Shown piece after piece: positions 1 through 11,062 of a DNA stretch of 64,000 nt. The stretch is from Takakia lepidozioides (Eukaryota; Plantae; Bryophyta). The stretch spans positions 80,910,001-80,974,000 of the forward strand of contig CM060732.1 of assembly GCA_030704615.1 (NCBI GenBank), given 5' to 3'. Every line of letters starts with the position of its first letter. Within the stretch, counting starts at the first letter, position 1. A program made the translations under genes and the position numbers. The notes beneath the pieces were generated by a model that made no database searches, had not been told where the DNA came from, and was given only the letters and a program-made list of their open reading frames with translations.

Positions 1-2255
1 AACCTTTGAAACTCACTACAGTATCCTTGGCAGAACTTCTAGGTCTAACAGTGAGGGGTTCTGCTGAATGGAGGGACACAGTTGGAAAAACTGTCCTATG
101 ATTCAAAACAGCCCTGATGAACTGGAGTATATTTCAATGGCTTATAATGCTCCCATTAGTTCTTCTGAGATTGTGGGAAGCAATTGAACATTTAAATGGA
201 TATAAGCTGGTGGACCTGATGGTATTGTCAACGAGCTTATCAAGCACGGTGGCGATCCCATGATAGAGGCCCTAGTTCTCCTCTTTAACCTTATCTGGAA
301 GACTGAAATGATCCCCTTTCGCTGGCGACAGGGGGTCATTGTCAATCTATACAAGAAGGGTGACAGAGAAGAACCGGGGAACTACCGTGGCATCACGCTC
401 CTCAATGCTGTTGGCAAGACATTCTGCAGAGTTATAAGTACTCGTCTCGAGGTTGATCTGGAGTCTAGAGGTTGTTTCCACGAAGGCCAAGCTGGCTTTC
501 GGCGAAAACAGGGGCTGTGTGGATCATATCTTCACTCTAAGCCAGATTATCCAGGGAAGGAAAAAAGAAGGGAAACCCACTTATGTCTTTTTCCTGGATG
601 TCAAAAAGGCTTATGACACAGTGTGGAGAGATGGCCTATGGTTCCGCCTCTGGTCTTGTGGGATCAAGGGAAAGATGTGGAGAGTTGTCCACAACTTGTA
701 TGCTCACACCAAAAGCTGTGTCACTGTTAACGGACAGAAGTCCAACTTCTTTGACATAGACCAAGGTGTAGCTCAAGGATGTACTCTCTCCCCTCTGCTC
801 TTCAATGTTTTCATCAATCAACTCCTCGAGGATGTGGAAAGTGAGGGATTTGGGTTAAGGGTGGGTGATACCACCATACCAGCCCTTATGTTTGCGGATG
901 ACTTCGCAGGCATAGGGGAGACTCCAACCAATCTCCAGGAGTTGATTGATTGCGCGAAGAGATACTTTGATCTTTGGGGGCTAGAGGCTAATGTCAGCAA
1001 ATGTGCAGTGGTAGCATTCAACGACAGAGGAGAGGGAGGAAGTGATCTTAAGTGGCAGTGGGGTAGCCAAGAGATCCCGGTCCTCCCTTCCTACACTTAC
1101 CTGGGCGTTGAGTTCTCCTCCAATTGTAATTGGGATGCACATATCCGGAAAGTTGTTCAAACTGGCAAGGGCAAAGCTCTGGGGCTCACTAAATTTTTCC
1201 ACTGCAGAGGGGTCAACTCTGAGGTTAAGAAAACCATGCTTTGTCGCGTTATTAGACCTGCCTTGGAGTACGGATCTGCTATATGGGTTGATAACTCCAA
1301 CCAGGCTAAGTCTCTAGAATCCATTCAAGTGGGGGTGCTTAAGGAGTGTATGTCAGCATGCTCCAAAACAGCCAATGTGGCTGTTCGGGGTGAGTTTGGC
1401 ATTCCGTCCTTAAGCTCCCGACGAGATGAATTCAAGGTCAGATGGTGGGGTCAGCTGCAACATATGCCCAACACCAGATATCCTAAGTTAATCGACTCTA
1501 TATCTTGGAAACAGGACCGCCCTGTCAAACAGGCTAAGTCCTGGCAGAAGAGAGTAGAAGAGATTCTCAAGGACCTGGACCTGGATCCGCAAGTCTTGAC
1601 CCTGCTGGATAAATCTGACTTAGAGGCTGTAGTGTCCTCAGCCATGTCTGTTGCCATGAGATTGTCTGATGAAAATGAAGTTAGGCAGAAAACTTCCCTG
1701 AACTTGTTTCCAGTCTGTGACATGGGGGAGGACATCTTGGATGACCTCAAGGGTCTACCCACTCTCGGCACTAGACTGAAATTTAAACTCAGGGCAGGAA
1801 GCCTACCTTTGAACAGCAAACAGAAGCAGAGAGGAAAGGGAGAGTGCAATTGCCCGTTGTGTGGGCAATCTGAAGACAGTATTCATTTTCTGATACACTG
1901 TCCGGGGTTCTCTCACCAAAGAGACGCTCTCTTCAAATCTATTAAGGGAATTGTGCCTGTACCCCTGTTTACCAACTTTGAAAGTCTCGAGGCTGAGCCA
2001 AAAGCCCAGGCCCTCCTGAGGCCTAGTTTTTGGGCAAATCACACACAGCAGATTGATGCTTGTGTGAAGGGATTTCTAGAGGATATCTGGAAAACCCGGA
2101 TTAATTCTTTATATGGAGGTAAGTCTTACTACCAACGTCAGCCCCTGACAGAGGTAGGTTCTGTCCCTTTTGTTCCCGCTCAAACTGGGCGCGGGGTCAA
2201 TGGCCACAAGGCTACGGCAAACAACGTCTTATGAGTACAATCTCTCTCTCTCTCA
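1..2255 (+). mobile_element. Non-LTR retrotransposon (LINE, RTEX-like) ORF2 3' half: reverse transcriptase plus C-terminal CCHC finger; frameshifted; 5' part outside window or lost
   Basis: GPDGIVNELIK..., NYRGITLL, QAGFR (260..616), frameshifting near 500 into ORF 453..2234 with FFLDVKKAYDTV, GVAQGCTLSPLLF, LMFADD, YLGV, FKLRAGSLPL and CPLC..HFLIHC. The stop codon lies in the tail motif CTTATGAGTACA followed by (CT)n. Clade assigned from motif style only. Confidence 0.9.
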
Positions 2256-2790
2256 TCATGGATGATGAGATCATGGACATCATGGATGACCTCAAGGGTC
2301 TACCCACTCTCGGCACCAGACTGAAATTTAAACTCAGGACAGGAAGCCTACCTTTGAACAGCAAACAGAAGCAGAGAGGAAAGGGAGAGTGCGATTGCCC
2401 GTTGTGTGGGCAACCTGAAGACAATATTCATTTTCTGATTCACTATCCGGGGTTCTCTCACCAGAGAGACGCTCTCCTCAAATCTATCAAGGGAATTGTG
2501 CCTGTACCTTTGTTTCCCAACTTTGGAAGTCTCGAGGCTGAGCCAAAAGCCCAAGCCCTTCTGGGGCCTAGTTATTGGGCAAACCACACACAGCAGATTG
2601 ATGCTTGTGTGAAGGGATTTCTAGAGGATATCTGGAAAACCCGGATCAATGTTGTATATCAAGGTAAGTCTTACTACTGACGTCAGCCCCTGACAGAGGT
2701 AGGTTCTGTCTCTTTGTGTTCCGCTCAAACTGGGTGGTCACAAGGGTGCGGCAAACAACGTCTTATGAGTACATTTTTCTCTCTCTCTCG
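2256..2790 (+). mobile_element. Second, 5'-truncated copy of the same LINE, head-to-tail with the first
   Basis: About 2275-2770 is a close repeat of about 1730-2240 (DDLKGLPTLGTRLKFKLR...KSYY) and ends in the same GGCAAACAACGTCTTATGAGTACA + (CT)n tail. Confidence 0.9.
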
Positions 2791-2922
2791 TCACCGTCTT
2801 ATGAGTACATTCTCGCTCTCTCTCTTTTCCTATGAGTACATAGGACATAAGAGTACATATGAGTACGCGGACGTTATAAAGCACCATTTCATTTCATTTC
2901 TCTTCCTATGAGTACATTCTCT
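2760..2922 (+). repeat. Stack of LINE-tail motifs (TATGAGTACAT-like, about 6 copies) with (CT)n and (CATTT)n tracts
   Basis: GAGTAC-containing motif near 2765, 2801, 2831, 2851, 2861 and 2908. Confidence 0.8.
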
Positions 2923-3138
2923 GTTTTAAATGTCCCGTGGCAGCCTGTGGATGTGACAGAGTTTCTTTCCCTCTCTTGTTGCAACCCACAAATGGCTCCA
3001 AGAAGGTTGGTACTCCACAGGGACTGGACATATCATCAAACCAGCATTCACAACAATTGGTATGAATACACCATTCTGTGTGGGCAAGTATGAGGAGATG
3101 GAGGGGTGAGACTTGAGACGGCTAAGGAATATACCATA

Positions 3139-3478
3139 CTTACCTAGCTTATTAGGCACTTCCGCGCCTAATAATTAATAAAAATGGAATATTATTAGGC
3201 AGATTCGTTTTTATTTTTTAGGCACCTCACCTAGGTAATTTCCAAACATTAGGCATGTATTACAGTAGATCCTGGATAAAAATGAACAATTGTTTTTTAC
3301 CTCCCTCAAAACCTATTGTTGAGGTAATTTTCTTTTCAAAAAACATAAAAACATTTTTTCAAGCAATTAGGCACTTCTCAGGAATTTTTTCCAAGTTTTA
3401 GGCACATTTTCCAAAAATGTTCTAAATTTAATTAGGCACTTGATTTTGAATTGATTATTGCCTAATAAGCTAGGTAAG
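3139..3478. mobile_element. MITE-like AT-rich element in a SRAP intron
   Basis: Perfect 20-bp inverted repeats CTTACCTAGCTTATTAGGCA (3139-3158) and TGCCTAATAAGCTAGGTAAG (3459-3478); many internal TTAGGCA motifs; no clear TSD. Confidence 0.75.
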
Positions 3479-3498
3479 CACAGTGGCGTCAAACTTAC

Positions 3499-6400
3499 CA
3501 AGTCAGGGTATTCATATGGTTGTGTGAGGTTGTGAAGGTTGGCTTCTGAAAGATCATCGTTGAGCCATCTTTGAATGGCATCCTGACTCCCTAACACTAC
3601 CGGCATCCTGTCTACACCACAAATCTGAATGCTGTAAGGCTGATGTTCATGAGAATACAAAATCATGAATGATTGAGTTGAGATGCTCCTAGGTGAGGCC
3701 ATTGAGTTCTACCAGAGATTGTAGAACTAAGCTGAATAAAGTCCTGAACTGGAATCATAACAATAGCAATTGAAAAAGCCAGGATCTATTGGCAAGAAAA
3801 CGTGCAACTGCTTACAATTGGCACTGCTAGACAAGGAGAGGCAATACAAACGAGAGAGAGAGAGAGAGAGTGGACCCGACTGAAGGAAAGTACTGTAAAT
3901 TCTAACACTACAGCTGGACAATCAGAGAAAATTCACCTGTGCTGTTCCAAAACGATTGCACAGCAGCAGGTCATTCAGGAGTTCTTACCATGAAGCCACT
4001 CCAGTCCCTCACATACCCGCGTCGTCAGTATGGTAAATGTATAGACAACCTCGCCTGCCAAGAAGATCCACCTTACAAGCATAAATTTAGTAGCAAATAG
4101 ATTTCAACCAGGCCATGAGAGTGCAAAAAAGGTAGCTAAACTATCGAATTGTCTGTTTAGCAGTGATCACAGTTCATCCAACACGCAAAATAATCATAAC
4201 TTGGGACTCTCCAAAACATTTCTAAGCAAGGATTCACCTTCAGCATTCTCCCAGCTGTCGTAGAGAGCAGCAAACACAAGGGGCCGACTGTCTTTTAGAT
4301 GCACATAATACGGCTGCTTTTTTCCCCCATCTTTCTTCCATTCATAGAACCTGTCATAAACACGAGTTTAAGAGACAATTTAGGGAAGCTATAGACCTGC
4401 ATAAAGTTCTAATGCAGCAAGATCCACATTGGAGAAACACGCCGAAAAAACGTCATGGGCAGTTACCAAGAGCTCTACAGACAGTAAATTGCGCTGGGCT
4501 TGAAAACCTTGTGTAATCTTTTAGAAATGAAATGAAATGATACTTTAGAACGTCTCCAGAAAGCAAGAGCTTATGGGACAACACAAAGCAAGAAACAAGA
4601 AAGAGAGAGGGGCCGTCCACAAGCACCCAACGGAGAAAGCAAAGACTTGTTGAAGCAAGGCCTGCAAGACCTGCAAGACCCAAGGATTGGAGCCACTCAA
4701 AAGGGTATAAAACCCAACTACAAAACTTGAAAACTGCAAATTGCAAATTGAAATCAGCACTGTTGCTTTTCTCTCTCTTCCCCATGCATGTCATTTCTGT
4801 CGTAAACACAGGGCTATAAAACTGCAATCAATAACTCTGCAACTGCGACTGTTGGGTTTGCGTGCGGACAAGTGCCAACACCTTAATGGCAGTTGCGGGG
4901 AAATAAGTTTAAACCTGCAGCTGAGCTGTGGGATAAGAGCCTCTTTCCATGTGAATATCAGACCTGTTCTTGACGTCACAGGGCATCCAGAACCGGCTGG
5001 ACGGGTCTCCTAGACCACTACATATAGAAAGGAATAACTTTAGTGTTCGCTCTCTAGGACCACAACATTCCATGATGATGAGTGAAACAATTTTTTGTTA
5101 CTTCCAGTGTGTTTCTTAACGATTGTTATTTCTATTTAGGCAACAGTGAGACAACACATCATTGATAATCTCCGAAACCTCTGTAAAATACCTGAGACCA
5201 CTGATATCCCTGTGACTTTATGACTCCCTCACATTTCATGTGACCAGACCCGTTCCCGGGTTGGTCTTTCCAGCTTGCTGCAGAGTGCAGGAAGATGGCT
5301 GTGCATGGGTCAGTCTCGAGATGTGAGCATATGAGCGCAGACCAGACAACCTGCTCCAGAAAGACGATGGTGATCCAGGAAGATTCAGCCAGGGGAGTCA
5401 TTGACAGTAGTTGCCCATTGAGGAAGCTTGCACAGGTGCACCCATTTTCCTACATGACGTCATACACGGGTTGCACGTCGACGTGGAAAGAGCCCCTAAG
5501 CTAAACTCTGGTGGGTGCCAACCCCACAAAAGGCTCCAGGAGGGGTAGTTTTCAGTGGGGTAAGGCTATGGCAGGCCAACGTTCGCAAGGAATGGCATGA
5601 GTAGAATCTCTCTCTCTGTGCACGTCTGTTGACCAACTTTCAAATCTTGAGGCTGAGTTTAAAGCATCACTCTGTTGGGATCTAGTTGCTGGGCAGCTCA
5701 AACACACAGCAGATTGATGCTTGTGTGAAGGGCTTCTAGAGGAAATCTAGTTCTACGCTATGGCAAACAACGTTTTATGAGTACATTTTTACTTGCCTTA
5801 GGCTACAGCAAACTTCTATATGAGTACATTCTCTTACTTAACCTTTTGTCCCTCTGCCTTATATAACTCTGTCTACCTATCTACTTCTCCATTTTCGAAA
5901 CATTTGAACATATAGCCCCTTAGCAGTGGTTTGCCATACATACCCTTCCACTGCAGCAAGGCATCTGCTCTTTGACAAGAGACGACGGAAGGAGGACTTC
6001 TGATGTACAGATTCTGACCGTGCATTGAACTGCTCTCCACCCACACAGCAACAACCTCTCTTAAAGGAACAAATTTAAACAGGCAACCATTCACCTACCC
6101 CCTTAATCATATGTCAAGGTTACCAGGAGGTATACAAGTACAGATTTGAATCCATGTACCAAGTGCTGATGTAAGATAGTAGAGAGCTATGGAGAGACCG
6201 AGGTGAAAGAAAGAGGGATACTCACCATCCGGTAGTGATCTGGCTTTTGGGACTTCTTAGTGAAACTGGGAACCAGGCCCCATTTCATACAGTGCACAAC
6301 TGCCTCTTTGACCTCACCTTTGTTTTCATTGCGGATCACAGGCATGTATGCGCCAGGGGCCACATTATATGAGGGACGATACCTGAAAAACCAAGCCCTC

Positions 6401-7460
6401 GAGTCTTAGCACTATTTCTGCAACTTGCTCACTGTGTCTCTGAGGCACCTGCGGGCTTCCAGTTAGACATTTTCCAACATTTAGAGGGAAGGGCCAGATC
6501 ACAGCTAAACCCTGGTTAGTTGAGGTGACACAACCCAAGATCCTCCTTGAAGAAGAAAACCAGACATCAACACCTGCAAAGCTCAGAAGAATTGGGCCTT
6601 CTGTTCTGAGACATCCTCCATCCTGTAGATGTGTCAAATCTCCCAGGCTTCCCAGATAGACCTGTTACATCTTTCAATTTATATCAAAGAATTCATCCGA
6701 CTCTCAAGGGTTACAAGGCTTTAAGTTTGGGGTTTAAGGTTCTGCGAGTGGAAAATAAACCCGATGCAGTTAGTGAATGAAACAAATCATATCAAACAAT
6801 TGTGTGGGCGTCACCAACCACAGTAGCCTTGTGATTTTAGGTCGCTCTCTTCTCTCAGGAATTTGTGCTCGTATGAAGCATGTTTATTCCGTTGTACTCG
6901 AAGGTGACCTTTGGCAGGTATCAATGTACTCAACCAAAACTTGGCCGCCAACAGCCAACCCCCTTTCTCTCTCTTAAGCTGCATTTGCTTGCTAGCTTTT
7001 AATTTATCTGCGGGTCTTTCAATGAAGTAACCTCGGTAAGAGAACAAGAGAGAGAAAAGACTGCCAGAAGAACTGTGCCTCTTGAATGCGAGGGAATTCT
7101 TCCTATATCATTTTAACTGCAACTGGCGATGATTTGAGAGAGACAGAGACAGAGAGCTCAGCCGGGTTATGCTGGGATACTAGACATCTTCGTCAAATGT
7201 ACATGTGAACTCAACTGGAAGAGCAGTGTCGATGAGTAAGAGCTAATCCATATTGTGGGTGACGACAAATATTCAAATTGATGCAGTCCCAGCACAAATT
7301 ATGCCAATTCAAAACGATGGGTTATGTCTGGTCGCATGTTACCAAAACCTTCAAAGTCTTCAACGTACCGCTCAGAGTCTATAGAGCGCAGGGGAGCTTG
7401 AATGCCACAAGCCGCAGGCACCGCGTCCACTCGCAGTGTACATCGCGCCCTCCCACACAT
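3499..7460 (-). CDS. SRAP-domain abasic-site processing protein (HMCES/YedK-like); six exons seen, 3' exon(s) probably left of the window
   Basis: GT-AG exons 7460-7369 (MCGRARCTL), 6382-6226 (YRPSYNVAPG...MKWGLVP), 6029-5944 (FNARSES...RCL..VEG), 4350-4238 (FYEWKKDG.KKQPY), 4054-3989 (FTILT...WLH) and 3611-3499 (DRMPVVL) join in phase. Catalytic Cys2, the FYEW glutamate and HDRMP are present. Confidence 0.93.
5170..5620 (+). mobile_element. Non-coding SINE-like or non-autonomous element ending in a LINE-like tail
   Basis: Ends AAGGCTATGGCAGGCCAACG...ATGAGTAGAATCTCTCTCTC, resembling the LINE 3' end AAGGCTACGGCAAACAACG...ATGAGTACAATCTCTCTCTC. The 5' boundary is a guess. Confidence 0.4.
5621..5836 (+). 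mobile_element. Short 3'-end fragments of the RTEX-like LINE
   Basis: ACCAACTTT..GAGGCTGAG and CACACAGCAGATTGATGCTTGTGTGAAGGG match 1970-2090; followed by two TATGAGTACATT tails. Confidence 0.8.
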
Positions 7461-8973
7461 CTCTCTCTCCCACCCTCTACTAAACTTCTTCTTCTATCTC
7501 CCCCTAATCTCCTTCTACATATCTGTTTTCTCCTGAAACTCCTATTTGGGCTCAATTCCAGTCTCTCACACTACAGCTCTAAATGCAACAGTGGCAATTT
7601 GCAGTGCCCATGTTCCCTTGGGTAAAATACAAATTACAACACGGGAACCTTATAGGTAACATGCAATGCATACCCAGGAAACTGCTGCTAAGATGGCTCT
7701 CTAAAAGGCGGAACTCGGTGACTGGTATACTCATCTTCAACATCAACGGGCATGGCATTTGTCTTCTCAGTTTAAGTTACAACTTTCAAATCAGAATTGG
7801 TCAAGAATGACTCTAGCTTGTCGTTTGCTTGTGCTGGTAGGTATACCTCGGTGTTGACAGCGCCGCATTCAAAGAGTTTGGAGAATGGATTTAGGAATGA
7901 TGAATCACTGCGTGTTCGACAGTATGTGGTATTGGTGCTTCGGTGTGGCCAATGAAGGAGGGACAACACAGTGTCCGACAACTGGGCGAGTGTCAGCGTT
8001 TGCTGCACTGTGCACCACTGCTCCACAGGGACGGTGATATCAGTGAAAAAGCGTACAGTAGGTAACACTAAATCCACAAGCCGCAAAGCCCACGCATCTT
8101 CAGCATATGGGAGATGCCCACAGAAAATCCTGGTCTGAACAATGAGGCCAACCTTGAGATTATGAGAAGGTTTGGTTTCCTGATGAGAAAGGTGGACTTT
8201 TGAACGATCTCGCTTGCTCCATTGTTATATACTTTCTCTAGTGTGCTTTACTAGAAACAGTAGAAACAGTACTGCACACGAAAGTGACAGCATCAACTTA
8301 TAGGTGTGAGACGAGCCTCTGCAACCTGGCACTTGCGTTCTGACAGCCTCAGCCTCGGTGGGCGCCTCTCCCGTCCTCGATCGAACAATGTCTCTCACTG
8401 CCTCGCTGCTGCAGTCAGGACTATCGGGGTTCAGCAATTCTGTGAAGCTGGTTTCGCAAAATGGGAGTAAGCAGTCTTTACCGAACCTGACTTGATTCTT
8501 GGCTCTTTACATGAATGCTTGTCTTTTCCAGGGTAGCATCCTAACACGGGTGTCTCTTCTGATCTTTGCCTCGATGTCCAAGTGCCCTGAGTAAACTGGA
8601 GAGTACGTATCTTCCAGGCAGAAAGTTGTACATCAATATGACCCCCACTTTTTTACTGAATTCATGTTATAGAGATATGTACAGGCTGCAGGGTTCTAGT
8701 AGTAGTTCCTACTATTACATCTGCTACGAGGATCAACAAGTGATGATTCCTTATTGTTAATACGCTTCTGTTGGGCACACTTAGTGAACATTGATGCTTG
8801 AGCTTGGGCATCAGCACCTGCAGACTGTTGTGACGCTTGATTGCCATACCCACTCTCTTCCGTTCTAACGGTAGATTGAACTGCTAATTGAACTTCTGCG
8901 TTCGTTATTTATTGCAGGTTTTCCAGACTGCACCAGTGTTTATTCTGCACTTTCCTTCTTGGATGGCGGGGGT

Positions 8974-11062
8974 ATGTTAGCTCGTCTCAGTGGGGTCAGC
9001 CTCCAAATGCCGATCAAAAGCACCTCAGTCGGTCATGTCATTCATGCGTCGGCCTGGAAACCCTTCACAGCTTTCTCCCCATCACATCTGGCTCTTGGAT
9101 TGGCATCCCTTTCTCGTTTCCAGGAAAATATCAAAATTATTATGAAAGCGAGAAATTTCTTGATATCAGCGGTGGTAGGCAAACACTCTCAGTCAGAGAC
9201 TGAGAACGACAGTGTGGGGCAGTCAATGATTCCAGAAAAAGAAAACGGAGAGAGGGAGTTGAAAAGCAAGCCCTCAAAGGCAGCATTCTTTGACGTTGAT
9301 GGAACTATCACTCGCACCAATGTTGTGATGGCTTATTTCGCAGCACGCATGGTGGAGCTGCCAATGCATGTGAAGGTTTTCTGGGTGCCCTGGTTTGGAC
9401 TGACAGGCATCTTCTATCTACTTCTTGACCGCATTGATCGAGCACTCTTCAACCGCATCTTTTACCGGAGCTACAATGGGCGGTCGGTCAAATGCAAAGC
9501 TGCCATGTCCTCCCTCATCTATGAGAAGTATTACAAACCAAGGTAAGACCTTGTTAAGCGTTAAGCAATCTCAAATTAACTTGAATTTTGCATTTGCAGT
9601 TCTCAACTCTCAGTTACATCATGTGAAAAAATCAACAGGAGTGTCTCTGCAAATTGTAGTACTTAGCAAGCCAACCACTCCAAACTCATGGAAGAGACAT
9701 CGTTCACATCATTGTGAAGAGCGAGGTGTTAGCATTTGGAAGAGTCATGCCACAGATAAACTGACTTGTGTTGATGATTATCGCAGAATCAGGGTAGTAA
9801 AAATTAGATTTTTGACCCTTGATTCAATCCAGTCACAATGTGTGAACACTGTGATAGTGAATACCCTGTATTGTGACTAAGGAACCAACAGGGTGGCTGG
9901 ATGGGGCACACTACTTTGAAACAGGATATTCACAGGGGCCGAGGAGATAATTCAGCAGCTGAAAGAGAGACACTACGAAATTGTTTTTGTGACAGGGGCC
10001 CTTGACTTCCAAATTGCTCCCTTGGCCCATGACCTGGGCGCAGGTATAAATTGCTCTGCTTTTATATAAACCAAGATCAGAATGGAGTCCATAACTGTAT
10101 TTCAAAGAGCAAAGCTGAAGTCTTGCATACTACGTCATTTGTGTTCCTACTTTTGGATTCTGGCATATTTCCATGGACAGCAAATTCAATGAAAAATTTT
10201 GGTCTCTTATGAGTTGGGATGGTTGCAGATTTTATGTATGCAGCTGAGCTGGTTGAAAAAGATGGGCGGTAGGTCTCATTTCTCCCGCCATGGTGGTGGT
10301 TCTTTCTACAGGCAGGGTGCAGAGGGCTTAAACACTTCTCCTGGGAAAGTTGAACCATGTGCAATTTTATTTGTTGAATTGACAATTCTCATCCGCTAGT
10401 TCATCATCTCGTCTCATCATGGCTTTTGCTTCCTCGCTCCAGAAGTTATCCAAGGGTCTGTATGTTCAAGGGGAGGAGGAAGCTTGTGCTGATTTCTCAT
10501 GTGTTGTCATCTCTGCACTTGCCGTATACTTCAATGCTTCTATTTCTAGCTCACAATTGAACTGTGGGGCAGATTTACAGGGAAGCTCAAGGGCATGGCC
10601 ATCAGCAACACTGAGAAAGCTGACCGCGTACTAGAGTACTCCAGGACACATGGAGTGTCTCTTGCAGAGAGCTTAGCCTTTGGTGACAGCATTGCAGATA
10701 TTTCCATGCTGGAACTTGTGAGATGCTCTAGGAGAACCTAATTTCAAGAGTTGTTAATGCACAGAAATCCCCCATTCATTTGTGCAGGTTATTAGATAAC
10801 ATTGGTCTGACTTCAATTTGTTTAAGAACTTAGAAAGGTTACTCTGAAAACAAATTAGAAGAAATTGTAGATTCTTTGTGCCATTTTCCAAATTGTGAAA
10901 TTAATCGCTTACACAAATGTGGTTCTGTGCTGACAGGTTGGGCAGCCACATGCAGTGAACCCCGACTCACGCCTGCAAGCAATTGCCCAGAAGCGCGGGT
11001 GGCCGATTCTGCTATGGTCCATTAAACCTAGGGAGGCAGCCATTGCGGCTGCCTCTGTGTGA
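8974..11062 (+). CDS. HAD-superfamily subfamily IB hydrolase (phosphoserine-phosphatase-like) with a probable N-terminal organellar transit peptide
   Basis: Exons 8974-9542, 9925-10043, 10229-10268, 10573-10717 and 10937-11062 splice in phase. Motifs: FFDVDGT (I), VFVTG (II), K in NTEKA (III), AFGDSIAD (IV) and HAVNPD..L..IA..RGWPI. About 100-aa Ser/Ala-rich N-terminal extension. Confidence 0.9.

Noticed and set aside
2760-2922. CRISPR-like or regularly spaced array
   Set aside because: Eukaryotic context, irregular spacing, and units derived from the LINE tail.
2926-3159. Candidate next SRAP exon
   Set aside because: The translation does not resemble the expected conserved W(Y/H)PV...G continuation.
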